DNA of 63,713 nucleotides, filler included, from Licmophora abbreviata (Eukaryota): assembly GCA_900291995.1 (NCBI GenBank). It is 9 parts of 9 records of this genome, joined end to end, with 100 filler letters (N's around TTAATTAATTAA, not from the genome) between each part and the next. Parts side by side here need not be neighbours in the genome. Positions count along the whole stretch, not along the records: positions 10,187 to 15,734 come from OLMU01000107.1; positions 15,835 to 27,754 come from OLMU01000109.1; 7 more parts are not named here. One strand, given 5' to 3'. The first letter of the stretch is position 1. Each line of letters starts with the position of its first letter. The notes beneath the pieces were generated by a model. The model ran no database searches, had not been told where the DNA came from, and saw nothing but the letters and a program-made list of their open reading frames with translations. Below, in pieces: positions 10,640 through 23,031 of the stretch. The position numbers and the translations under genes are program-made.

Positions 10640-12270
10640 CTACCAATCGCATCGCCGCCCCGCGAGCTCAAACAGACGCTCACTGAACGGCTTGACAAAT
10701 TCTTGAAACTCAGCCAGAAGCTCTGCTGATATTGGAATCGATTCTCCGTCGAGATCTGTACCATTCTGAGGCCTTTCGTCGTGTACTTCCTCCCATGACG
10801 TTGCCTTGTCGTATCCCTTGTGGCCACCCACATTGTACATTCCTTCTCCCACCACAGCTGCAAAGTCATAGCTTGGAAGACCAAGGAACTGGCCCACTTG
10901 ATTCAAGGGCTCGCCACTCAAGTCTTGTAGTTCTTCCGTACAGACAAAGTAGATGTCTTCTTTAGGAAACGTGATGTACCACCATTCGAGCGGGAAGACG
11001 TACAAGCTCCGCCCTACAAGCGATTGCGTCAAGAACATGCTGGGCGTGTCGACAACTTTGTCCGGGTATTCCTCGAGCAAACTTTTCCATTGCTTCCTTG
11101 GGATGTTGGGAGAAACTCGACCTCCATAACAAAATTCATCGATAGCAATCAGCGGAGGCAGACCTTCCCGTTTTCGACGCTTGTACTCGGGCTGGGCCCA
11201 TGCTTTGTCTCCCCACTGCTTTCTGGTAGCAGTTTCGCCGGGTCCTCCGGGAGCAAAGCATTCGCGCAGCACCTTGAGTTCCGATCGGATCAAGTCCTCA
11301 AAGGAAAAGATATACTGTCGGTAGTACTCCAGCGACTGACGAGCAAGGATCGAACTGATCCCACCGTCCTGCATCTTTTTGATAGCTGGATTCACATAGT
11401 TATAGTTGTATGACGACCAGGCACGGTCTATTGGCTTACGACCAATGGCGAGAATCTTAGTCCCCGGCATTTGTTTTGCCGTAAGAGCGGCTACGTTGGG
11501 ATACGGCAGATAGCCCGGTGATGCCTCGCCAGTCATGAGCGCGCCAGCGGCGAGAAAGCTCGTGGCTGTCGGGAAATGCGCCAGGTACCACTTCATGCCT
11601 CTGGAAGTGTAATACTAACAGAACAAGCAAACGAATGATTAGGACTGTGATCTTGTCGCGCATAGAAAGAAGACAGTACAAATCGATCATCACAAGAGAG
11701 ACGTACTTTGAAGTAGTGAATCTGCTTCTCGGATGCCGGTACTACTCGGGGGTGACCCGTGAGATAGTGATACAGGGAGCTAGTGCCACACTTGCCAGCT
11801 CCTACAATGATGAAACCTGGTCGACAGAAATCCGCCATATTGGTGTCGTGGCGTTTCAGTCGGGCGCCGGTGTTGTGATAGCTTGTCTCGTTCGAACCGT
11901 GCCATCGTTGTATTTCCTGTTCCCAGTCCACTTGATTCTCTGGAGGGTAACATGGCCCCCATGTGTTTTGGTTCATTTCATCCCAGAAGCTGGGCACGAT
12001 GCCCCGTGCATTGCCAAAGTCGGTATCCGGATCGTAGACGCCTGTCTCCCACAAGACTTGTGGAAATGAGCCGTCGCTATCCTGCGTCGACTTTGGTTGT
12101 GCGACGATGTCCGCTTGTTTGTCATCCAAATCTGAATTTTCAGATCTTTGTACCCATCCAATCAAGGATGAGGAGCTGGGCGATGAGAAAACGAAGTAGG
12201 TAGCCGCCACGACGGTGATGAAGACAATCAACAGGACTGCGGCAGCGCGCCAATGGATGCGGAGGCTCAT
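10640..12270 (-). CDS. Type II membrane sulfotransferase (heparan sulfate 3-O-sulfotransferase-like); intron 11615-11706
   Basis: N-terminal TM anchor; 5'-PSB IIVGAGKCGTSSL, EKQIHYF, GEASPGY, 3'-PB R.PIDRAWS; GT..AG intron joins HYFK/YYTSRGMKWY; N-terminus may extend to 12452 via a homopolymer frameshift. Confidence 0.85.
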
Positions 12271-12724
12271 GGCTTTGTGTGTCTCTTTCAATAAGTATGA
12301 ACGCTTCCAATTGATCCAAGGGATGGGTCTTCGATTGCAACTCAAGAGAAAAACTCGATTTTCTTGCCGCTACCTGCCGGCGTCGTGATCATTGCAATCA
12401 TGTCGTGGTCGAGTTCACTTTCAACTTCGTGTTTCAGGTTCGGCTGTCGCATTGTGATTATGGAGAGCTCAGAGCTCGCGCATGTAGCTGGCAATATCAC
12501 GAACTTTCTTCCTTCTAAAAAAGGTATCCGATTGCCGAATGACTCCAACGACACCAACACGTTCGAGGTCCATTGGCGGCTGCGCCAATCGGAATCCGAA
12601 CAACCACGTCTCCTCTCTTTTTGGCTTCGCCTTCTCTGTCGCGCTGGGCATGATTCTGACTGTTGTTCCACACTCCACAGTAGCTTCTTACCCGAAAAGA
12701 CATCATTACCAGAGGTAGTTCATC

Positions 12725-12973
12725 ATGGCGTTGCGTCAAATTCTCTCCAAAGCCTTCTTTCCCACCTTGGAACGCGAGCTCGGTGCCTCCATTGGCAAAG
12801 AAGTCTCGGCCATGGAAGATCTCTGCGGTCCGATGCTGGCATCCAAGACGTTTGCGTACGACACTGTCAGTGGAGCTCCTTCTGGTGCGTATGCGAGCAC
12901 TGCGGTGCGGAACGCGCCGCGTTTGGTCCGAGTCGACCTTACGCCACCTCCCAAGGGTCTCTTTCAGGAGTAG
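12725..12973 (+). CDS. Small 82-aa protein, possibly mitochondrial
   Basis: ATG in CATCATGG context; MALRQILSKAFF resembles a mitochondrial presequence; occupies otherwise empty space between flanking genes. Confidence 0.55.
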   Translation: MALRQILSKAFFPTLERELGASIGKEVSAMEDLCGPMLASKTFAYDTVSGAPSGAYASTAVRNAPRLVRVDLTPPPKGLFQE

Positions 12974-13236
12974 ATTCATTCGATCGGAAGACTGCGTTTT
13001 GTTCTTGTCGGACCCGTGAATGGTAGTGACAGTGAATAGAGCGATACTTGTACGTGTGCTCCAGTGCAGTGAAGGAGCACTTTTACTCTCAGGCTGGAAA
13101 TGTCACGCGTCAATTAGAATGACAATTGCATGCACAGTCTGTTGACGAGAATGCACTGATGGAATTGACTGATAGACCGGAGGCTTACAAGATGTAATAA
13201 CAAGATCTAAATAGGAAGTCGTATGTATGTGTAATC

Positions 13237-14313
13237 TCAGGGATCTCTCAGCAGTCCCCACGCTCGAGCGACCTTGTGCAATAGCGCAGGATTGCGAGGA
13301 GGGCCTCCAAAGAACGTCATGACTTCGTGGCTGTGAATCCTGTCCTCGACAATTAGCTCGCATCCGCTGTAGCACCGACGTATCACCCATTCTATGGAAG
13401 CATAGGTAGCGATCTTGTCCTCTAAGCAAGCATGAACCCGAATTGGAATGATAGGCTGACCATTGCCGGAAACAGGGGGTGTCTCTCCACCATCACTGCC
13501 ATTGCTCTTGTCAATGACCAGCCCGCATCCACTCTCTGTAGCGAACTTGTCACATATGCTTGCTTGCCATGAGTCTACCGCCCCAAGACGAGCTTCGATA
13601 CCCTTTGTCTCCCCAAGACGTGCTTCGATATTCTTACTGGCTTCCTCAAAGTCGGTGTTCGACCAACCAAAGTCCTTCTGTTCCTGTTCCGTAATGAGAT
13701 CCTTGACCATGGACGCCCCCCTGTGTCGAAGTAGAGCGGGCGCCAAGAAAGATCCCACAGATACGAGTGTCTCGGTAGCACCATAGAGCACAAATGATGG
13801 AACAGTGTTCCCCAATCTAGCCACTCCCCACGAATGAGGACTAGCAGTCGATACGAATGGTGCGACTAGGGTGAGCCCCTTGAGCTGCGGACCTCTCGTC
13901 TTCGTGCCCTTCAGAAGCTGACGACACAGTTCGACTGCAAACGGATGACCAATGCACACCCCCAGAGCGTATACTTCCTGAATGGATTCGTGCTGTAGGA
14001 CCGCCAGAACGTCTTGGACATGTCCCTGAATCCGTCGAGTTGCAAAATCATTCTTGTCGTCGTGGTCGCTGATGATCTCAAAATCGTCTGCGAGATCACT
14101 GGTGCTCCCATAAGTTGGCCTATCCACACAAATGACACATCCTTCAAAGTCTACTAGCGCAGGGGCCATGCTGGAAATCACCGTACTGGATCCTGACAAT
14201 GGGTAAAAGTAAACAATGGCACTTGTTCGTTGAACACCACCGGGCTGAACAATGCAGTATCCAATGTTGCGGCCGTCAGGCGTCGATAGATTTCTACTCA
14301 TCTCTTTTGACAT
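13237..14313 (-). CDS. Alpha/beta hydrolase fold protein
   Basis: TPDGRNIGY, DRPTYGST, elbow GVCIG, LTLVAP, D in CLEDKIA, H in HSHE. Confidence 0.8.
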   Translation of the reverse strand: MSKEMSRNLSTPDGRNIGYCIVQPGGVQRTSAIVYFYPLSGSSTVISSMAPALVDFEGCVICVDRPTYGSTSDLADDFEIISDHDDKNDFATRRIQGHVQDVLAVLQHESIQEVYALGVCIGHPFAVELCRQLLKGTKTRGPQLKGLTLVAPFVSTASPHSWGVARLGNTVPSFVLYGATETLVSVGSFLAPALLRHRGASMVKDLITEQEQKDFGWSNTDFEEASKNIEARLGETKGIEARLGAVDSWQASICDKFATESGCGLVIDKSNGSDGGETPPVSGNGQPIIPIRVHACLEDKIATYASIEWVIRRCYSGCELIVEDRIHSHEVMTFFGGPPRNPALLHKVARAWGLLRDP

Positions 14314-14671
14314 GACTCAATAAGATCTGGATTTCAGTGCAAAGGCGAATGTGAAAACACAAGCGAGAATGTCATTGCAAGTGTCGTCCTTTCCGCGTCC
14401 ATGGTATTCTCAACAATCATCTGACATAATATGATCGTGCTGATTCGCGTTGAGCGTTACCGCGTTTCACGTTGCCTCTCAAAATGAGGTCGCGCGGTGA
14501 TGCTGATTTCCGCTTGCTCGCCTTGAAAGCGGTCTTGGGACCAAACAGAACACGAAAAATAGCCCGCATACAAGAGAGGATGTAACGCAACAAACTACTG
14601 TAATACTAAAGTGCTAGTACAGGTAATCTCGTCTTGTTCGTTATTATTATAGATGATATATGTCTCCGTCT

Positions 14672-15727
14672 CTACTCAACAATATCCCAGCTCTCGCGGG
14701 AAATCAACGCCGTCTTCGTAATCAACTTTGTCGAAACTTCTTCATACGCTGCCACAGGGACAGTCTGAACGTTCTGGTTGGCCGCCTCCATCTCTACCTG
14801 CCATCTCGGTCGACCTCTGTGAGATCCAACAAGCTCGCCGTTGCGCACCATTGGAACGATGCGCATGGTCGGGGATTTCGGGTCAAAGTCCAAGACAAAG
14901 AAGTAGGTTCCTTGTTTCGCACCATGTTTCGGTTTGACAATTCTGTTGTACAAGTACGGCTCACTTGGCAAGGAGGCCCACCGTCCTGGTGCGTGTTGCT
15001 TCGTTGTAGTCTTATCGAGCAATGATACACTTGGTTCAAGGGGAGGATCAACACATCTGGGGGCATTCGACGTGAACCGAGGCGACGTTCGCTTGGAAGG
15101 GACGGCAGGCACCGTTGCTTCAATTCGTTGTGTCGGCTGAGGAGCTGCGTCTTGCGCAATTCGGAAGTTTGTAAGGGATGCTTTCGGTTTCGGAAGGCGC
15201 CCACGTTTCTTTTTCTTCGCGCTCGCCTCAACAGTGTGAGCTACAGGAGGCGATTTGGATTTCGAAGGACGACCGCGTTTCTTTCCAACAGACGCCACAG
15301 GGGTCCGGACTAGGGCGCTAGCTTTCGGAGGGCGACCGCGCTTCTTCTTTTCGATGGACCCCGCCGGAGACGCCTCGTCAGCTGACAAACCAGAGGTACG
15401 ACGCTTCATCCGCGCAGATGCCACAGGATTCGGCTTGTACACACGTTCACGTGGCGGTCTGCGCACGCTCGATTCACTCTTCGTTCGGGGAACGGCCAGC
15501 CAAGGACTCTGGTACTGCTTTTGGGAGAACGACAGCGACTCTCCGGCTGCAGGGGGTTTCATGAGATAGCTGGCCTGCAAATTAAGGGGAGTCGCATTTG
15601 ATCGGGGACGCTTGGAGCGATGGTGTGTCAACTCAGAAGCCTTTGCTGACGTCGACTCGTCGAAACCTGAGCTTGCTCTGGACCACTGCCGCTTATGGCC
15701 AGGATGTGTCTTTTTCAACTCCTTCAA
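14672..15727 (-). CDS. AT-hook chromatin protein (5' end lost in gap)
   Basis: KKRGRPPK, KKRGRPSK and KKRGRLPK motifs; basic low-complexity region plus a small C-terminal globular domain; frame open to the gap at 15735. Confidence 0.7.
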   Translation of the reverse strand: MKELKKTHPGHKRQWSRASSGFDESTSAKASELTHHRSKRPRSNATPLNLQASYLMKPPAAGESLSFSQKQYQSPWLAVPRTKSESSVRRPPRERVYKPNPVASARMKRRTSGLSADEASPAGSIEKKKRGRPPKASALVRTPVASVGKKRGRPSKSKSPPVAHTVEASAKKKKRGRLPKPKASLTNFRIAQDAAPQPTQRIEATVPAVPSKRTSPRFTSNAPRCVDPPLEPSVSLLDKTTTKQHAPGRWASLPSEPYLYNRIVKPKHGAKQGTYFFVLDFDPKSPTMRIVPMVRNGELVGSHRGRPRWQVEMEAANQNVQTVPVAAYEEVSTKLITKTALISRESWDIVE

Positions 15728-15850
15728 TCGCTTTNNNNNNNNNNNNNNNNNNNNNNNNNNNNNNNNNNNNNNNNNNNNTTAATTAATTAANNNNNNNNNN
15801 NNNNNNNNNNNNNNNNNNNNNNNNNNNNNNNNNNTAAACTCTCAACGACC

Positions 15851-18425
15851 ATGGCACTGCAAATGAGCCTTCGTAGGGGAGTCCTCTCGTCTCTCCATTC
15901 TTCCAATGGTGCTCTTGGAGCTTCCGCGTCGCCTCTCGAGGCCATTGCGCGACGATGGAAGAGTTCCGACGCGGGAGACGTGATTGGAATCGATCTTGGG
16001 ACTACCAACTCCTGTGTTGCCATCATGGTAAGTCTATATCGAGTGGGTGTTTGTAGAAGTCGTGGGAGTACATAATCGAAGATGGACAATATGATTTTAC
16101 CGCGAAGCAAATGGGATATATTTGAGTTTGCGCACTTCGCTTTCAGACATGCATGGACGGCCTTTTAGTGGAGCTCAAAACGCCAGCATGACTAGTCAAG
16201 AAAGGCCAACGTACACGGATGAAGCCATAAAGATGCTCCAATACGCGCAAATTGACCTGAAACTCGTTGCCGAAGTTGCCGTGCGGATTTTTTTTACTTT
16301 AGGGTGTTACACTCTTGCAATACCATCGTTCTCACCTATCGGTCCTCCCCATGAACTGTGAACAGGAAGGTCGCAATGCACGTGTGATTGAGAACTTTGA
16401 GGGGGTTCGAACGACTCCCTCTGTAGTTGCCTTTACCGATGAAACCTCTCGCTTGGTCGGGCAGGCGGCGCGCCGACAAGCCGTCACCAACCCCGAAAAC
16501 ACCTTCTACGCAGTCAAGCGTCTCATCGGCCGATCTTATGGAGATGAAGCGGTCAAGACCATCCAAGGACTTGTGCCTTATAAGATCGTCAAGAGCGATA
16601 ACAACAATGATGCCTGGCTGGAGGCACGAGGAACCAAGTACAGTCCGTCGCAGATCGGATCCATGGTTCTAGGAAAGATGAAGGAAACTGCCGAGGGATT
16701 TCTTGGTCGGGAAGTGTCCAAAGCAGTGATTACTGTACCGGCATACTTTAACGACAGTCAGCGTCAGGCAACCAAGGATGCAGGAAAGATCGCAGGCTTG
16801 GATGTCCTTCGTATCATCAATGAGCCGACTGCTGCCGCACTTGCGTACGGCATGGACAAGGCTGATGGCAAGACGATCGTAGTGTTCGATTTAGGTGGAG
16901 GTACCTTCGATGGTAAGTCTTGTGTCGGAGAAGTGATGTGAGATGAGAGCTGCTGAATATCATTACTCATAGCGTCTCTCGATGTTATTCGATAGTGTCC
17001 ATTCTCGAGATCTCGGGTGGGGTCTTTGAGGTCAAGGCCACGAACGGTGACACGATGCTGGGAGGAGAAGATTTCGACGAGGAACTGTTGGAGCATTTGC
17101 TAGCCGATTTCAAGAAGGATAGCGGCATCGACTTAAGCGGCGATAACCTTGCCATGCAGCGTCTGCGTGAAGCGGCGGAAAAGGCCAAGCGTGAACTTGA
17201 CGGACTTGCCCAAACAGATGTTTCACTACCCTTCATTACCGCGGATGCCAGTGGACCGAAGCATATGAATTCCAAGATTACCCGTGCACAGTTCGAATCT
17301 CTTGTTCAGAAGCTCGTCGATCGGACGATCGATCCTTGCAGGGTAAGGTCTTAGATTTGCTGCTGTTGGGCTCGACACTGCCTTGCTCGACATACGTTTC
17401 TCACATCGACATCCATCGACACTCCTCGCAATAGAAATGCATGAAGGATGCCGACATTAGCAAGTCCGAACTCCATGAGGTTATTCTCGTTGGGGGTATG
17501 ACTCGGATGCCGAAGGTTCAGGATACTGTCAAGCAGTTTTTTGGAAGGAAACCTTCTCGTGGCGTGAACCCTGATGAAGTTGTGGCAATGGGAGCTGCGA
17601 TTCAGGGAGGTGTGCTGAAAGGTGATGTGAAGGATATTCTTCTGCTCGACGTGACGCCTTTGTCGTTGGGTATTGAGACCCTTGGAGGTGTCATGACCAA
17701 GTTGATTCCCCGCAACACGACGATTCCGACGAAGAAGCAGCAGACTTTTTCGACCGCCGCGGATAACCAACCGCAAGTGCAGATTAAGGTCCTGCAGGGT
17801 GAGCGTGAAATGGCTGCAGACAACAAACCGCTTGGACAATTTGATCTCGTTCGGAATCCCCCCGGCTCCCCGCGGTGTTCCGCAGATTGAGGTATCCTTT
17901 GATATCGATGCCGACGGTATTCTTAATGTTAGCGCCAAGGACAAGGGCACGGGCAAGGAACAAAACATTGTTATCCAGTCAAGCGGTGGTTTGTCGGAAG
18001 ACGACATTGAAAAAATGGTGCAAGATGCAGAAGCCAACGCTGAAGCGGACGCGCAGCGCCGCCTGCTGATCGATGCAAAGAACGAGATTGACTCTCTCAT
18101 TTACAGCACTGAGAAAAGTATTGCGGACAATGGTGAAAAGCTTGATGCAGACACGAAAGCAGAGATTGACAAGGCCATTGCCGAAGCAAAGGAGGTCAAG
18201 GATGGCGAAGACTTGGACATCATCAACGAAAAGAAGGAGGCACTCAGTCAAGCGAGCTTGAAGATCGGGCAGGCTATCTATGGCCAGCAACAACAAGAAC
18301 CAGACGAGGCGGAAAAGAAGAGCGAAGGAGACAAAGAGGACGACAACACCGTAGATGCAGAATTCACCGATAAATCGGAGGACGACAAGAAGGAAGACGA
18401 CGACAAAAAGGGAGAGAAGAAGTAA
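15851..18425 (+). CDS. HSP70: Mitochondrial Hsp70 (DnaK-type); introns 16028-16365, 16913-16995, 17343-17434; apparent +1 frameshift at ~17851
   Basis: Mito presequence then [67 protein letters not shown]. Confidence 0.97.
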
Positions 18426-20336
18426 GGAGTAAAGAACCTAAATTAGTCGCTTGTACCTGGCGTCGTACGAATGATAAGCGATTCTCAACACGGCGGATGT
18501 GATATTCCGTGGTACGATTCACTTGGTATACGTCTAATGCACGTTGGAAGGACCATATGTTTTTCTTAGAGTTGTCGATGTGGAGGTGGGCGTGTCCTAG
18601 ACGATCGAACGCTAGTCCCACACTGAAGGGCTGTGGTATTTGCGGCGCACATTGAGGGCCTTTTTCGCTTTGAGGGGTTGATTAAGCGATTCATATGTCT
18701 TGGCAATTGCATCAAGCGTAATTGCCACATCCGAGTGATTCATTCCGATTGTATCTCGCTGGCAACAAAGAACGTCCTTCAGGGTGTCAAGTGCTTTGGA
18801 AGTCTTGCCTTGTTTACGATATGCTAGCGCTAAATTAAAGTTTGTCGAAGCAACGTTGCGGTGACGGGCTCCCACGGCTTGCTTCAGAAGAGAAAGCGCT
18901 TGATCATAAAGGTCCTGTGCCCGTTCATAGTTTTTCTGTAGGTAGTAGATGAACCCAATATCGTTGAGCGACGCCGCAACGTCAACAGCCGAGTAATCTT
19001 TTCCTTCTAGATGCTCATATGTGGCATGGGCTTCCTTGTAGCACCGCATCGCCTTCGAGAGCTTCCCACGTTTCTCGTGAACGGCTCCAATCCGAGCGAG
19101 TGACGCGGCCATGTCGACGTGGTGGGCACCAAGAAACAGCTTCCCAATACGGAAACTCTCCTTGTAGCACGCCATGGCTCTACCGTGTCGGCCACCGGCC
19201 TCGCACGCCGCTCCGATGAGCAAGATCGTTCTTGCTCGCGATACTTGTAGATCCTCGCAATAGTCTGATGCCGAGCTACAGTAGAAAGTCTCATCCAGAA
19301 GGTGAAGACTCTTCTGCAGGTAAAACATAGCCATATCATGTTCTGCAGTTGATAGATAGACTCGTCCGAAATTATTGAGTACAGCTGTGATGGTGATGGT
19401 GCGGCCGCAGTTGCCGTCAGAGAACTCGTTGCTCGAAAGACTGTACCCGTAAACGCGCCCATAGTGAGAAAGAGCGACAGTGAGTGCATCAAGACTTGCA
19501 CTGTAGCTCCCAAGTTTCCATCGAATGACTCCGAGTCGGTGGTACATCTCCGCCAAATTGATGCCCGGCAGATGTGATTGATGTGTTGCATGCAGCAATG
19601 ATGTAAGGCTAGATTGAGCGTGAAAGAGATCTCTCTTGCGTTCAAGTGTGTCCACCTCGTACAAAGCTTGGGTGATGTCAACCCTATCCTGGCACCTTGC
19701 ATTTTGATGGGGTCGGTTGGACATACTGAAGTCAATGCCGCAAGGATCGATCGATACTGCGAACCCCGATTCGAAACAGTTGATAAAGCTGCCCAACTCA
19801 TCCCAGGCTTGCCCATGCGCTTCCTCCAGCACGACTGTAGAGAATGGTTCTATCATTTCGCGTGCTCGACGCGGGGCATCGAATCCATCCATGAAGTTCA
19901 CGTCCGATTGAATCGACTCGCAGAGGCGCGGGCTCGGAGAGTCAACGACACCTGTCGATTCATCGCTACAAGACTCACAGTAGGATGCTGTCAAGTTTGG
20001 TTGTTGGTATTCGTAACGAGATTCCGGTATCGTGGAGACAAAAGAATCTCGCGATGGCGCTGACAGTGGGAAAAGGGCTAGCTTGTCAAGTATCCACCCT
20101 CCCCAGCATTCCATTTCGCTTCCCGGCATGTCAATTTGAAGAAAGTCGGAAGCGCCCTTGAATGTGCTCTCTCACATGATTGAGCGGAAAATGGCGTCAC
20201 GTGAATCGCACGCATCAATGTCATCTTCAGAATCGAGCGACACTGCGGAGCGTCCACGGTGAATCTCGTAATTGTGGAGTTTCGTCACGCTAGTTGGAGA
20301 TCCGTCGCTTGGTGGGGGTGGCATAGAGTCTGCCAT
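18364..20336 (-). CDS. TPR-repeat protein (kinesin light chain/NPHP3-like repeats); core ORF 18612-20129 with probable 5' exon from 20336 and frameshifted 3' tail
   Basis: Repeats such as [55 protein letters not shown]-like text continues in another frame below 18621. Confidence 0.75.
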
Positions 20337-20806
20337 TATTGGGATTGTCCAGTCACAATTCTTGTGATCGCCATTTCTTCTGACTTCCTTTAATCGTGAT
20401 GAACGCGGGAGAATCACACGAGACTTGAGGTACACCTTTAGTCGCGGCGACGTGGTTGCACTCTCTTTACCTGCAACGTTGTTGCTTGACTTGATGAACA
20501 AGTGTGCGAGAAAATCCACCAACCAAGTCGTGGGTCGCTCAAGAGACACTTCCAAAATGCACGTCACTAAGTATTCACGGGACTCACTCCATAATACAGA
20601 CATGAGCCAAGTTTTGCATTTCATGTTGACGTTGCCGTGAACCAAGGACCACAATCAAATGATGAACGAAGGAGTCTCGAAGAAGCAGCGCGTCGTAGTT
20701 ATTACGGTACTTATAGCTTCAGAGGCTCGGGCGGTAGTCAATGACGATGAAAAATGGCCAAACCCTACTTCTGCGAGGCCTTTGGGCGAGCAAGTGATAC
20801 AAACAC

Positions 20807-22683
20807 TTAGAAAATTCGAAGGGCATTCTTCTTACAAAGATATCCAAGTATAACGGACTGCCTCGCCAAACGTACCTCCCACTTCTGTACCATAATCTTG
20901 GATATACACTGTAGAGCATGGCGCCGTATCTCGGCGTTTTCGTGCTCGATCATGCTCATAACAAGATCCTTGGCACCCAGCCGCCTTGCTATCGACCGAC
21001 CGTTTGGATAATGGCGCACAAACTCGCCGATATCATAGCACGCTATTGCCACGACTTCCTCGTCTTCGCTAGCCACCAATTTGATCAGCGCCTACATCAC
21101 CAGGGTCATTTAGAGTGAGTAACAAGATTGAAAGGCGCCAATCGTTACACCTTCACACAGCACCCACCCGTAAGACTGCGAAGTCGCCGTCAGGTCCCTC
21201 GAGACTCTTGGCGTGTTCCTTGAAGAACTTCTCGGTATGAACAATACCCCAATGCAGTTGACCAGATTCCACCTCAGCTTTGTAAATTTCCCATCTCGTC
21301 ATTTCTCTATAGTTCTCACGTAGCAATCTATGTAGCAGATTTAAGTCTATCGAGCATGATAGGTCAAGATACGGGGAAGCGAGTCAGCATGTCGAGCGTA
21401 CGACATCAACACAAAAGTCATGGACCGACGTGACCCACGTACCTTCGACAATGTCCGGGTCCGTCCATTGGCGTCCATTCATGTGGTCAATGTATTTGAT
21501 AAGGCCACAACCAATCATCTCCGTCAAAAACACAGAGTCGTCAATAGCTTTCTTCCCCGCAACGTCTGGACTGGCACCAGCAGTACAGGTCCCAAGATTG
21601 CGGAGAGCTGCCAGTGCGACACGAACCACTTTTTCTCGAGGCGCTACATTCACAAGGTCAACGAGGGCAGGGATAGCTCCGTCTCTGGCAAAGCTTGTAC
21701 GCACAGACGGCGACGAGTTCAGTTCGTATGTCAGTGTCCACAGACAAAACGACAGTTCGTATAGCTGCTGTACGGAAGGGTGTCCGCCTTTCTTTCTAGG
21801 CAAGGGCGATGAATCTTTCTTCCTTCGCAAGTGGCGTGAGAGATAACCAATGCCACCACTATAGTGAAAGATAGCCCGAGCTTCACTGCAAGAAACCAGA
21901 ACGGTCAACGCAGGTGTCACGAGCTCCAACGACGAAGGCGCCGACGACTGCAGCTGGGATGCAATCCAAGACACAAGAGCCTGCAGTGGTTCCTGAACCG
22001 AATCTACGTTTGACCTAGATCCCATAACTGCCGTCTGCTGAGACGGACACCCCACAACGAGAACAAGCGATAGTATCAGAGCGGCCCCACCTGTTGGATT
22101 GGATGGTGACGGCGCAAAGTGAGTGTTCGGCAATTCAAAGTCAAAGAATGGGCTAGACGCAGATGAATATGTATAATCATAACGTACGCTGTGCAAATAC
22201 ATCACCCGTTCCACCCAAGTGAAGTATGCGCAAAAGCGTCCTCCAGTCCTCCGACAAGGACCCATCGTTCGAGTAAAATGTAGTAGCAATCGAAACGCTC
22301 GACTTGTCGGTCTTTTCCATGAGACAGTGGACAATCTCCAGAAATTTAGTAATTGCATAATGCATGACTACTCCCATTGAATCGGTATACAACATTTGCA
22401 GCGCCTCGTCATCGGGAAGCTTATCGGTGACCAGCGAAACTCGAGAAGACGGGCCGCCGCGTCCGCACGCCTCTCGCAAGACCTTGAAGAGAACCTGGGC
22501 GTATGCCGTAGCCTCTGCTCGATCGGCAAGAGTATATTCCAATGGATTGTCCTCAGCAGCTCGCAATGTTGCTTGTTCTGGTTCCGAAAGACGCAGTTTC
22601 TCCAGCGGGTCCCATTGAATGCCCGCGAAGGCAGGAGATACGGGTGAGGAGTCCGTCACTGATTGCGTCGAATAGTACGCCAT
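20807..22683 (-). CDS. VHA-H: V-type ATPase V1 subunit H (multi-exon)
   Basis: VQQLYELSFCLWTLTY, REKVVRVALAALRN, WTDPDIVE, WGIVHTEKFFKE, VAIACYDIGEFVRHYPNGR, ALQCISKIMVQKWE; several GT-AG introns; last exon not resolved. Confidence 0.92.
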
Positions 22684-23031
22684 TGCTCGCTCCACTTCCG
22701 AATCTCAGTTCGGTTCAGTATTTCTAGTTTTCAAACGCAGGAATGGCAGGAGGTATGTGAACGGCGATCGAGGCTACGAATCGAACAGTCAGCTATCGGC
22801 CATCGTCATTGCATTGGCAAAAAGGACAGAGTGTTGTTTGCGGCGTGATTTGTCGTCGCGCCGGTGTGTAGGGTGCGGTGGCCAGACGAAGGGGATGAAG
22901 TCTAGTCGCCGGTCGATGTGTGGTATGGAGGTTTGCACTGCCAGTGCTACTCTACAGCCTTTCCTTTGCTTGCTTTCCTTTGTAACATGGGAAAGTGTGT
23001 CTAGTATGATTGTTTGTAGAACGCGCTTACA

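Noticed and set aside
17845..17870. Programmed frameshift or pseudogene in mtHsp70
   Set aside because: One extra base in a Val codon of an otherwise intact essential gene; better explained as a consensus error
17351..18100. 249-aa antisense ORF opposite Hsp70 (and many similar shadow ORFs)
   Set aside because: Long antisense frames are a known by-product of codon bias in hsp70 and GC-balanced genes; no motifs
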